Assembly (NCBI GenBank): GCA_043228905.1
Contig: JBHGNT010000286.1
Location: forward strand, 1-39,305
Origin: Azolla caroliniana
Lineage: Eukaryota > Plantae > Polypodiophyta
Direction of reading: 5' to 3'
DNA: 39,305 bases
Shown here piece by piece: positions 11,420 through 22,509 of this stretch. Below the pieces are notes generated by a model. It searched no databases. It had not been told where the DNA came from and was given only the letters and a program-made list of their open reading frames with translations. Numbering within the stretch: position 1 is the first letter of the stretch; each line of letters starts with the position of its first letter. Position numbers and translations under genes: made by a program.

Positions 11420-14400
11420 ATGGAAAATCAACCGGAGGCTAGCAACATGATGATGATGTTTGAGCGCATGCTACAAGAACAACGCGCGATGTCGGAGATA
11501 GCGGCATCAGTGGAGCGGCTCGTGCAACGAAACGGGCAATTCAACGGGAAAGACGTGTCGCGGTATCTTCGGGACTACAAGGCGGAGATGCTACGGTGCG
11601 GAATATCGGAAGGACTGCAAGTGACGTCCTTCAACCGGGTGGCGACCGACGGGCTTCAAGCAAGCATCCATGGGCTACGACAACAAAATCCGACACGGGA
11701 GGCGTTTGAAGAAGAGCTAAAGAGGACGTTCGCCATCGAGGATTACTCCAAGGCGATGCGAAGGGGATTCGAAGATTGGGTGGAGACGCCGGACAAGGGA
11801 TTGAAGGTCGTTGATGTGTTTTCGGCATTCGAAAGCCGGTTCAGGAGGTTGTCCGCGAGAGATCAAGCTATCCTCGTTCCGGACAAGGTGATCATGTTCT
11901 TGCGAGCCGTGGACGTCTGGGACCGGAAAGATCTCAGAGTGCTCTTGGAGGACACGACCACGGAGAGTGGCCTCACCAAAACATGGGAAAGCGTGCGGGA
12001 TATCGTCGCGCGATAGACGAAGAGGGGGCAATGGCTTGCCAACGAGGAAAAGAGGGTTTCGGAACCGATTCTGAAACCGAGAACCGGATTGGAAGACCAT
12101 CAACTGAGGGCTCGGGAGACTACAACCGAGAAGGGGATTGATGCATCTACGGTGGAGCAACTATTGAAGGAGATGCAGAATCTGAAGATCGCGATGGTGA
12201 AGAAGTCGGATGACCGCCCCACAAGCTCCAAGTATACGGACCGACAGTGCATATGGTGTGATAGCGCCGAACACGATCAGAGGGATTGCGACAAGCATAA
12301 GGAGGCGCTACAGCGGGATCTCATCTACTACGAGGGAAACCGGATTCATTCGATGGACTCTCGGAAGCCACTCCGACCGAACTTCCGGAAAGGCGGCATG
12401 AAGAAGGTGCTCGAGGAGGAATTGGCGGCAAGAAGCAACTATGCGACAACCGCGGGAATATGTGTCGGGGAGTCATCGAGAGCGAAGACCTCTTTTTGGC
12501 CGGAAGTTCTAGAAAACACCAAGAAAACCGACTCCAACGAGATCCGAAGCACCGCGGAAGGCGTCCGGGAAGCTACGGGATGGGAGTACCCTGTCGACAA
12601 GAATAGTGTATACGCCCTGTGTCAATTGCATAAGGTGTATGTGGACGAGAAATGACGACGCACGGAGGATGCGGGCGGGCCATCGAAGATACCGGAAAGC
12701 TGGAACTCCGGAGGTAAGGGAAAAGAAAAGGCAACTCCGGCATTCAAGCTCGCCTCGGACATAGAACAACAAACCGACTTGAAAAGAGTGTTCGAGGAAA
12801 GGATCTTGGATAGCCGGGTAGATTTCTCGCTTCGGGAGCTACTCGGAATAGCAAAGGAGTTCCACGATCTTCTCGTTGATCTCGTGAAGCGAAAAAGACA
12901 AAGTACGGAGGGAAATTCTCCAAGGGTAAATGCGAACACCGTTTTAATGAACGACACCGAAGTGGAGGACGAAATTCCGAACTCCCACTATACAAGGCCA
13001 CATTGGGCACGCGTGACTACAGAGACTCCGGTCCGAATCGGCAACATCAAAGAACCCGTGCTAGCATTGATTGATCACGGATCGGAGATCAACTTGATGT
13101 CCAAGGAGTTCTACCGGAAGGGGAAGTGGCCTATTAACACCAACCATGGATGGAAGATTCGGGCGGCCACCAAAGCAATGGAAGATCTATTTGCGGCTTG
13201 TCCGGATGTGACGGTGAAGATCGGGGATGTCGAGATCGACCAAAATTTCTTCGTGCAAGATGAGGGTTCACATTCCGTCATCCTCGGCCAACCCTTTATC
13301 ACGGCATCACGGATGGAGACGAAGGTGCTCGATAGCGGTGCGGCTTTTGCGCGAATTCGGAGCCAAAACGGTGGGAAATCCGTCCAATTCCTAACGGTGC
13401 GGATGGGGCATCTACGTACACGACCGTAACCGGAGGATTGAAGAAAGGATACCGACAAGTGGAGGATAAGTTGCGGTCGGCATCAATAATAAAAGAAGAT
13501 GAAGAAATCATGGGGATAGTCGAAGAAGTGTTCTATGGGAGCACGCTACAACGACTTGAAGAGCTTGCGGAAGATAAAAGCCAAGGGAACCAGGTAGTCC
13601 CGGTGGAATCGGTCGAGATGTACGAGACCATTGCGAAAATGGAGACGGATACGCTCCGCAAAGAAGAAGCAATGGTAAGTACGAAATACAAGACCGTGGA
13701 GAAGAAGGTGAAACCGGCCGCGGGACCACTACCCGCCGATAGCAAACAAAAGAGGAAAGAAGTCTCGGGAGATCGAACACTTCGGAAGTCCGTGGATATC
13801 GGACATGCCTTCACGGATGAGACCCGGAAGAAACTTCGGATCGGTGGAGGTGGGTTCCTATTACAAAAAGAAGAAGAACGGTTTCGCAAGATGTTGGGGC
13901 AACACGGCAAAGCGTTTGCATTTACATCAAGGGAGATAGGGTGCGTCAATCCGAGAATAGTGGAGCCAATGGTGATCTTCACGATTGACCATGTACCGTG
14001 GAACCTGAAGCCGATTCCGGTGCCACGAGCGCATATTCCGAAAGTCATTGACTTGCTCAAGGAGAAGGTGGCGATGGGGATTCTAGAGCCATCAACTGCT
14101 CAGTACTCAAATCGATGGTTTACGGTTCCAAAGAGGAATGGGTCACTCCGATTTATCCACGACTTGCAACCGGTGAATAAGGTCACGATCCGGAACTCGG
14201 GAGTCGGTCCGATAGTGGACGAATTTGCGGAAGCTTTTGCCGGTCGTGCGATATACTCCATCGGAGACCTATACTCGGGGTATGACCAATTCCAACTAGC
14301 CGTGGAGAGCCGAGACATCACAACCATGCGAACACCGATAGGATTAGTCCGAATGTGCACACTACCACAAGGAGTGACAAACTCGGTTGCTCATATGATG

Positions 14401-16892
14401 AACGCGATGAACAAGGTGCTTCGAGACTGCATTCCGGAGATAACGATGCCGTTCCTTGATGACATTCCGATAAAAGGATGCGCGGTAGAAGAAAAAGATG
14501 AGACTATGGATGATCGGGGATGCCGAAAGTTCGTGGTCGACCATATTCATGATTGCGAGAAAGTGTTGCGAAAGCTAGAAGATGTGCACCTAACACTTTC
14601 CGGGGAGAAATCGGCGTTCGGGCAAGAAGAAATATTGGTGGTCGGACATCTATGTGGGCCCTACGGCTGAAGACCGTCACCAACAAAGATCGATGCGGTT
14701 CAAGCTATGGAGGAAATATGTGAGTCAACATCCGAAGTCCGAAGGTTTCTTGGTGCATGTGCATTCTATCACATATGGATTCCGCACTATGCACATATAG
14801 CGGACCCACTCTACCACTTGTTGCGGAAAGGTAAGAAATTCGAATGGAAACCGGAACACACCAAAGCCATGAAGAAATTGAAGAAGACACTTCGGAGGGC
14901 AGAAGCACTTAAGAAGCCGAGCTACGACCGACCGATCATAGTAATGGTTGATACAAGTCCAACCGGTATCGGGTGGGTCATCAATCAAGCCGACTCGGAT
15001 GGTTCGCGGTATCCGATCCGATTCGGAGCAAAGGTTCTCAACGAAAGGCAACGTGGATATGCACAAGTCAAAAGAGAACTGTGGGGAGTCGTGTCGGCGA
15101 TAAAATCGGATCGGGATTATTTGATCGGAGCCGAAGTGGTGATTGAGACGGATTGTCTTCCGATACTCGGGATGATGCGGTGTTGTACGATACCGGATGT
15201 AGCTATGCTAAGGTGGGTTGCATATGTCAAGTCGCTTAATCCGGAGGTTCGACACATCTCGGGGAAGGACAACGCGGTAGCGGATATGTTATCAAGGGCT
15301 TGGTTCGGAGACGACATAACCGAATCGGATAATGAAGAAGTTTCTGAAGACTACCTCGCGTCGGAGCACATATGCCGAGTGAACGTAATCCGAGAATTCC
15401 GGGAAGAAGAATACGAGGGAGAAAGTTTGATGATCGGAAAGATGTTACAAGAGGCCGAGGACTCAACAAACGATAAAGGAAGAAGAGCCGAGATCCGAAG
15501 GAAGAAGAGGCAAGTCCAAAAGTTCTTCTTGGAAAACGGATTAATATGGAGGGCGCCGAAAAGACCGGATGGTATACCACTTCGAGTAGTCGGGACAAAA
15601 GAGCAACGAAACCGGATAATGTCCGAGTTTCACGAATCCGATTGGGCTGGACACCGAGGAACATGGGCAACATTTGTGAAGATCAAGCAAAAATATTGGT
15701 GGAAGAAAATGTACAAAGATGTCGCGGAGTTCACGGAAAGCTGCGAGAAATGTCAAGTCTACTCCGGGGTTCGACATCGAGATGAGTTACATCCGATATT
15801 CTCACCGACAATCAACTTCAAGTGGATGGTTGACATAGTGGCCATGCCGACCGGGATCGGACAAAAGAAATACTTGGTATTAGCTCGGGAAGATCTCACG
15901 AATCAAGTAGAAGGTCGAGCGCTTCAGAGGAAAACGTGTTCCACGGTATGCCAATTTCTTTTGGAGGAAGTATTTTGCAGGTACGGGTGCGTAGGGCAAG
16001 TGATTGCGGACCGGGGAGAACTTGACTCGGACAAAGCTAGGGGATTCTTCGCCAAACACGGAGTTCGGTTATCGCTGACAACGGCATACAATCCGGAGGC
16101 CAACGGGAAAATCGAACGAGGACATAGTCCGATCGTGAAAGCACTTGCGAAGGCATGCGATGGAAAGGTGAAGGACTAGCCGCAGATGCTTCCGTATGCA
16201 CTATGGGCGGATCGGACGACGCATAGCTCCGTAACCGGTTACATGCCGATAGAACTCATGACCAGACAAGCACCGGTAATGCCGACGGAAACTGCGATCG
16301 CAACATGGACAGTGTTACCGTGGAAGGAAGAGATGAGCCGGGAAGAACTACTAGCGGTCCGGATACAACAACTAGAGGGAAGACCGGCAGACATAGCGGA
16401 AGCAATACGCCGACAACAAGAAGCACGGTTCCGGAACAAAAGCCAGTTCGACACAAAGCACCGACTATGACCGAGGAGGATTGAAGAAGGAGATTGGGTG
16501 ATCGTCTATGACAGTAGTTTGGACCATCAACATACAACGATGCAGAAATTCACGAAAAGGTGGTTCGGGCCATACGAGGTTCGGAAAGTCTTCGACAACG
16601 GAACGTACCGACTGTCCGAGTTGGATGGAACAATACTACGAGTGCCTATAGCCGGGAAGCGGGTGAAGATTTTCAAGAAGCGGACCGACGACAAACCCTA
16701 TGTGATCCAAGCCAAGGCTGACAACGAGGAGCAATCAGACGAAGACCACGGTGATGCAAGAAGCGAAGAAAGTGAATTACAACTCATAGTAGACATTAGG
16801 GGAGAATCGGAGGAAGCTTTGGGTGAAGACAGATATGAGGAATCGAGAACTTCGGCACAAACCGGAGGATGTGCGGGTTCGGAGGGGGCGAG
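11420..16892 (+). pseudogene. gag-pol: Gypsy-1 gag-pol
   Basis: Zinc knuckle CIWCDSAEHDQRDC; protease LIDHGSEIN; RT DLYSGYDQF..LPQG..FLDD; RNase H VDTS..ETDCLP; integrase H..GH..C..C, ADRGE, NGKIER, GPY. Several stops, mostly of CGA>TGA or TGG>TAG type. Confidence 0.93.
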
Positions 16893-17613
16893 TGTCGTAG
16901 TGTATTCCACACACTACGTGAAAACCGTAAAATAATATATCCGATTTTAGATACATATAAATAAATAAATAATATATCAAAATATTTATCATGTGCATAA
17001 GGCAAGATTCGAACCCTATACCTCCACGTAGCCAAACCTCAACTTTACCATTATGCTACCTTATCTTTAGTGTTTTACGAATAGATTTAATAACTATAAG
17101 TGCTTTATTTGCGCCTACCTTTATTAAAAGATAAATCATGCATTTTTAGAGTGTGTGAATATTTTATAGAAAAAACGCAAGCAACTAAAAAGTGACTCAT
17201 GCACATCTAGCGTGCATGAGCACTATATTTAGCAAATAAAAGCAAGGATTAGAAAAGCATCACATGCATATTTAGTGTGCATGAACATATTAGAAAAAAG
17301 CATGTGGCTATGCTTAGTCTCTCCCATCACTATAGAAGGATGGGGAGCACATTGTAGTTATTGTTGATTTTTTTCTATAATGATCAATCAATCTAAAATA
17401 TTCGTGGGATTCACGAATTTGCTAAAATAATTCTCTCTTACTACCTAAATATTGACTAAATATACTAAACTTGTGGGATTCACAAGATTCTTATCTTATA
17501 ACTCTTTATACCTATTCTTTACTAGCCTTATTTGTATTTTTCTTCCTCCTAGTCCAAAACCTCGGCGGTTCCCACCCGACTCACGCAACGATCCGGAGCC
17601 GAAAGGCACGACA
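16893..17613 (+). repeat. Gypsy-1 3' LTR (721 bp)
   Basis: Direct repeat of 10656-11380, preceded by the PPT and followed by the TSD. Confidence 0.95.
16997..17064 (-). other. tRNA-like segment with Pol III A/B boxes inside the Gypsy-1 LTR (also ~10762-10831)
   Basis: Minus strand ATAAGG-TAGCATAATGGTAA...GGGTTCGAATCTTG-CCTTAT: A box, B box and 6-bp closing stem; anticodon arm does not pair. Confidence 0.5.
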
Positions 17614-20044
17614 ACGTGAAACAAAAGTTTGGTGTGAAGTTACATCCATGCCTACGACGTCAATGTCTGCATGAAGTCAGCATTGTGGTAGATGATAATG
17701 TTAAGTCCGATGGTCTTCGAAAATATGAGTCTTGGTTTCAATTGGCGTTTAGAGATGGAGAAGTATGGGACCTACAAGATGAAATCTTCTCAATGTGGGA
17801 GAATGAGGTAAAGGGTCAACGACAAAAGAAATGTAAGGTTGACCCTCAACTAGAGTTAAAGTCACAAGCCGCCAAGAAAATTGACTTGACAATTGAAGAA
17901 GCGGCAGACGACATGAAGCTGTCTCTGTGGAGAGCGATGCAAGGTATTAAGGACGAGCAGCTTCTTGTGTCTGTTTTGTCAAGGGTTGTGGCGAAAGATT
18001 TAAGCCTTGAAGAAATGGTCACTGAGTTCAATAAGTAAGTCTTTCAAATACTGAAATTGTAGTCTATCTGGTGTAATTCAAAGTTCTAATCTTGATTTCT
18101 AATTTTACAGTCATAAGGTTGTACATGAAGATCCAAGAAGTTATGATGAAACAACTTGGATGTATAAATTGGGAACAAGTGACCGAGGATTATCCTCTAA
18201 CGTCTTCATATAAGGCGTTATCAGAGTATTTTATTGCATTCAAGGATTGGGTTAGTATTGATGGTTTTTCATTACCCTTTCATCATATGTAGAGCTTGTA
18301 TAATAATACCTGATGTCCTATTGCTTCTATTAGAAACCGTGTCGAGGCAAGAAACAAGGAGAAGTTAAGGATATACACGATTTCCCTACATCCTTCCTTG
18401 CACATCTCGAGCGAGCCAGAAAAGAAAAGGATCGTCGCTTAGTCAAGGCGTACGAAATGGAGGAAGATGGCTCCTTTAAAAAATTTAGCCACAAAAAAGA
18501 TATTACGAGAGATCTTTACTACAATGTGGTTTGTGGTGATGTCGTCGACTTGATCCAAAAGGTGCCAAAGAAAGAATATACGCTAATGATTGCGGATATT
18601 CCTTACGGATTTCGAATGGTTGGGTCATCATATGACGATGAACCGTTTAGGTTTAAACAATTGGAGAAGATGGTCAAGGATTTCGTTGAGCTAACGACTG
18701 CATCCTTGTGGCGAATAGTTGTCTTTCATAGTATGGACCAAGGGTACTCGATAGCTCAAGCTTTGAGATCTCGTTGCCATGGCATCGAGAACCTTGCATG
18801 GTAAGGATTATTTATAGGTGTCATTCACTATATTGCATTTCTTAGGGTTGTTCAATCTATTCTTAACTTGATGTATTATTTTTTATAGGATCAAGACCAA
18901 TGTAAATAGAGGGCTAACTTTTCGGTTCGTTAATGCCATTGAATACATCACGGTTGGCTACTTCAATGAAATTAAGAAACAGAGAATCAAGGAGCATTCT
19001 AATGAAGTGGGAGGTTCAAATCTGTTAGTATATCCAGCAGTGACACGGAAATTGCGACATGTCACCACGATAGAACGGGGACTTGTCAACCCATACCAAA
19101 AACCTCAATGACTTATGATGCGCTTGATCGAGATGTTTTCTATCGAAGGAGACTGGATATTAGATCTCTTTTCTGGCACAGGTATTCCTCGAACTAGGGT
19201 AATGATCTTGAGATAACCAATCCCTTTTTTTTTCGTTTGACAACTAAATCTTCTTGTTACTTACATCACAGGAACGACGTCTACATGTGCATTGAAGCTT
19301 TTTAGAAATACAGTTGCATTGGAGAAGGACGAGGACCAGGTTATATTTATTAATATGCGGATTACGGCTTTGTGGGAGTGCCCAGACCAAGATGAGGAGG
19401 TCGGTGCAAAGAACCTCGCTAATACAGAAAGGTTTCAACCTGCTTCACGAGAGCCTATTCCTCCGTTAGCCAGCGAACCGGGGGAGCTAATAGAGCTTGA
19501 TGATGAGCTTATAGAAGATATTTCGTTGGCTCGGCTAACAGGGGAAGCCAATGCACGTATAGCCGAAGAGAGTTCTACACAAGATGATGAAGAAAATGAC
19601 GTTGATGAATTGATTGCTATGTAATAGACTCTATGAAGAAAATGACACTGACGATTTGTTAGGATTTCACATTATTAATACAAATTTTGGGTTTTACCTA
19701 GTGGATTCTATTCTTTATAATCTTCTATATGTTTCAATTTTATTTTTATATACTTGGTTAGTAGATTTATGACATTGGTTTCACCGCGTGCATAGCTGAC
19801 TACCAAATTTATGGAGAAACATGAATTAGTTTAAATTGAGGCTGATTTTGGTCCAAGCTAACCTTAACAGAACATGGCCCTATAATTGTTGCCATGACTG
19901 TCCATGTTGTTATTATGGATCTTTGTCTTCTATTGTTAAAACTATTATGTTTCTATTCCATTGCTGCTTAGATTGTGTAGTGTGTTGATAATGGTTCCAA
20001 TTGCGTTATCGTTCGGAGTTTGATCTTGTGTGAATCACCTAAGC

Positions 20045-20291
20045 AATAGAGTAGATCAATTTTAAATACAGGTATGAAAGCCTAATAGGTTTGTTATTTC
20101 CACGACATTATCCTAAAGTTCACTGCCTTACATTGTCCACAATTATATACATATGGTTTGATCCCATATGAACAAACTGAGGAATAGATTAGATCAACTT
20201 TAAATACAAGTATTGAATACTTTAATAAGTTCGTTATTCCAATCACTTATCCTAATGTGCACTATCCTACATTTTCCACAATTACATACAT
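20045..20291. repeat. Diverged direct repeat (~108 bp x2, offset ~138 bp) in the right subterminal region of the TIR element
   Basis: TAGATCAAyTTTAAATACArGTAT...TTATCCTAA...TCCACAATTAyATACAT occurs twice. Confidence 0.7.
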
Positions 20292-20607
20292 GCACGTATG
20301 GGTCAAAGTATAAATTATAACTCATTTTATTAGTATGGATACAAGTACACCTCATATTTTTGTAAAACTTACCTAATTAATATAAGTCTTTAAGTTAGTG
20401 TTTCCCTTATCGCACAATAGTGACATATTGAGCCGTAGTTGAACTTTATTATGCCTACATTAACTTATCAACGTGTCTAAACTTGCATGATTTCTAATGA
20501 TCTCCACTCGTAGATCTATCATGTATTTTTATATTTGCAAATTCTCATCAAGTTGAGGAACATGTGATACTAGTGCATCCGATTTTTGTAGAGATTCTAC
20601 AAGTGGA

Positions 20608-20643
20608 ATGCGCAATCCTTCCACTTGTGAACGCGAACGTGTT
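20608..20643 (-). repeat. Right terminal inverted repeat
   Basis: Reverse complement AACACGTTCGCGTTCACAAGTGGAAGGATTGCGCAT; followed by TSD GCTA. Confidence 0.95.
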
Positions 20644-21947
20644 GCTAGTGTTTTCTGAAACCTATGTTCCAGGATGACGGACTTGAACTTCTTGTACCAT
20701 TGGCGTGGAGTGTGTTTTAGACCATACAAGATTTTCTTTAGTCGACACACTAGGTTCTCTTTCCCTTTCTCCACAAAGCCTTCGGGTTGCTGCATGTAGA
20801 TTTCCTCGTCTAGCTCCCCTTGCAAGAATGTTGTTTTGACATCCAACTGTTCGATCTCCAGATCCATGCTGGCAGCTATGCTCAGAACAGTTCGAATGGA
20901 TGTCATTTTCACGATTGGTGCAAATATTTCATCGAAGTCGACACCCTTTTTCTGCTGAAACCCCTTCACCACTATGCAGGCTTTATATCTGGGTGTGTTG
21001 TCAACTTCTCTAGTCTTTACCTTGTAGACCCACTTGTTTCTAAGTGTTGTCTTACCTTTTGGTAACCCCACCAAGTCATAAGTATAGTTTTTATTCAAAG
21101 AGTCCATCTCGTCTTGCATTGCACTCTGCTATTTCTCTTTGTGCTCATTGGCTATGGTTTCTTCATAGCACTCTGGTTCACCTTCATCAGTCAAGAGGAT
21201 GTATTGACTGGCATATGTCATCAGTGCTTTCCTTTCTCTAAGTGGGTATCTTCTTCCACCCTTTGTCGGCTCCGGTCCGGATGTCTTTGCCAACTCTTCT
21301 CTCAACTCGGGTTCATACTTGTTGATCAGTTGCACACGGTTAGTCATCTCCGACTCCTATTCTTCGATCAACTTCAATAGGTTCGACTCATCTATATTGG
21401 TCGGTTTCTCCGAGTCGGCTGACTCGGATTCGGTTGTGCCGACTAGCTGTCTCTGAACAACCGAATTTGTCGGTTCACTTGGCCTTAAGTCAGTAGTAGT
21501 GGGAGTCGATTCCAACTTTTGTTGTTTCCAATCCTCAATCGTCTTGCTTTCAAGGAGACTACGTCCCAACTCCTCACTACTTTTTCATCGACTAAGTCCC
21601 ACAACTTGTAGCTGAACTCATCCTCCGAGTATCCCATGAATATGCGTGGTTTCGACTTACTGTCGAGCTTCGACCTCTGATCCTTAACCACATGCATATA
21701 TACCAAACATCCGAACACCCTTAGGTGTTGGTAGGAGACATCTTTTCCTGTCCACACCCTCCGTGGGACATCACCTTTCAATGGCACTGGGGGAGACCGG
21801 TTGATAAGATAAATAGCCGTATACATCACCTCAACCCAATAAGATTTCGGCAGCTTAGCATGCGACAACATGCTCCTTGCTCTCTCCATGATTGTTCGAT
21901 TAATCCTGTATGCAAGCTTGTCCAACTCAGGGGTCTTCAGTATTGTG
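20644..21947 (-). pseudogene. pol: Copia-1 pol: integrase C-terminal part and RT N-terminal part
   Basis: NRTIMERARSML, HLRVFGCLVY, KWVYKVK, KGFQQKKGVDFDEIFAP, QLDVKTTFLQGEL, LYGLK..PRQWY. Confidence 0.92.
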
Positions 21948-22509
21948 TGTTGAGAATTGATCGGCCACAACCGGTTGCACGTTCGTATGTGGGTGCAATG
22001 AAACGAGCAAGATAATGCACATACAAGGAAAACAAAAATAGATACAAAGACACAGATATTTACGTGGAAAACCCCGAAAGGGAAAAACCACGGGAGTCCT
22101 CGAAATCAGAACTAAATCACTATATGGTTGGAGGATTGTAAAATAAGAAACTCAAAGGCAACGACCTTGAGTTCTTCTTTGTCAATAGACGGCTACAGAG
22201 TTACGACTTTGTTAACTCTCTCCTACTAACACTCACACTTAGTTACAAAGTCAACAACCATATTGTAACTAATACTAAAATGATCAACAACTATAACATA
22301 ATGATTGCCCTAGATGTATATATACTAATACAACATTCAGGGCTATTTACAAATATGGCCCACTAAGGGCACATTTTGACTATTTACAATTATAGTCTCC
22401 CGAATCGGCTATGTAATCGATTTTCGATTTCGGCATCGGCCGAATTGCCCATTGGTTCCATCTCATTCGTCTCGTACTCTTCCCATCCAGAGGGACATGT
22501 TTCCCAACA
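21948..22509 (-). repeat. Copia-2 3' LTR (562 bp)
   Basis: TGTTG..CAACA termini; homologous to 38812-39305; adjacent PPT GAGGGGGAGTT on the minus strand. Confidence 0.9.

Larger units (their letters stand above)
10656..17613 (+). mobile_element. Gypsy-1: full-length non-chromovirus Ty3/gypsy LTR retrotransposon
   Basis: Paired TGTCGT..ACGACA LTRs; 4-bp TSD ACGT (10652-10655, 17614-17617); PBS; PPT GGAGGGGGCGAG 16881-16892; gag-PR-RT-RH-INT order; no chromodomain seen. Confidence 0.95.
8044..19624 (+). pseudogene. Spliced ParB/Srx-like domain plus beta-class N6-adenine/N4-cytosine DNA methyltransferase fusion (~970 aa reconstructed)
   Basis: Predicted exons 8044-8078, 9130-10655 joined to 17618-18034, 18118-18250, 18334-18800, 18889-19181, 19272-19624; GT-AG introns with consistent phases (exon 3 acceptor least certain). 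ParB-like: PFIVMV..YFVIGGSHSAEARRQL..GLTTEEAKLLAWDHN. MTase: CGDVVDLIQKVPKKEYTLMIADIPYG, AWIK, NPYQKP, GDWILDLFSGTG|TTSTCALKLFRNTVALEKD. Disrupted by the Gypsy insertion, a 308-bp duplication and TGA at 19109-19111. Confidence 0.85.
4053..20643. mobile_element. TIR DNA transposon, Sola1/DUF7869-like, carrying a ParB-DNA methyltransferase cargo gene (~9.6 kb without the nested Gypsy)
   Basis: 36-bp TIRs matching 35/36; 4-bp TSD GCTA (4049-4052 and 20644-20647). Removing the element plus one TSD restores the Copia RT frame FQKT-LA-DHCVFVKRY. Encodes a DDE-type transposase. A 4-bp TSD fits Sola elements. Confidence 0.92.
2315..21947 (-). mobile_element. Copia-1: Ty1/copia LTR retrotransposon (3' part), host of the nested insertions
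   Basis: Minus-strand order INT (21485-21947), RT (20644-21119 rejoining 3380-4052), RNase H (2995-3300), PPT, LTR. Interrupted by the TIR element (4053-20643) and by Copia-2 at 21948. The 5' half lies beyond the window. Left LTR boundary is approximate. Confidence 0.88.

Noticed and set aside
16997-17064. Functional tRNA gene
   Set aside because: Anticodon arm does not pair and the T stem is weak; reported only as tRNA-like.
18334-19624. Host C5-cytosine methyltransferase or bacterial contamination
   Set aside because: No PC catalytic or ENV motifs; it has a DIPY..FxGxG beta-class layout; spliceosomal introns and its position inside TSD-bounded plant transposons argue against contamination.
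4053-20643. CACTA, hAT, Mutator, PIF/Harbinger or Helitron classification
   Set aside because: The termini (AACACG) and 4-bp TSD do not fit these groups, and the transposase motifs resemble Sola1/DUF7869.
20529-20643. C-terminal extension of the Copia RT ORF 20529-21119
   Set aside because: Read-through into the right TIR; the true continuation is at 4048 and below.
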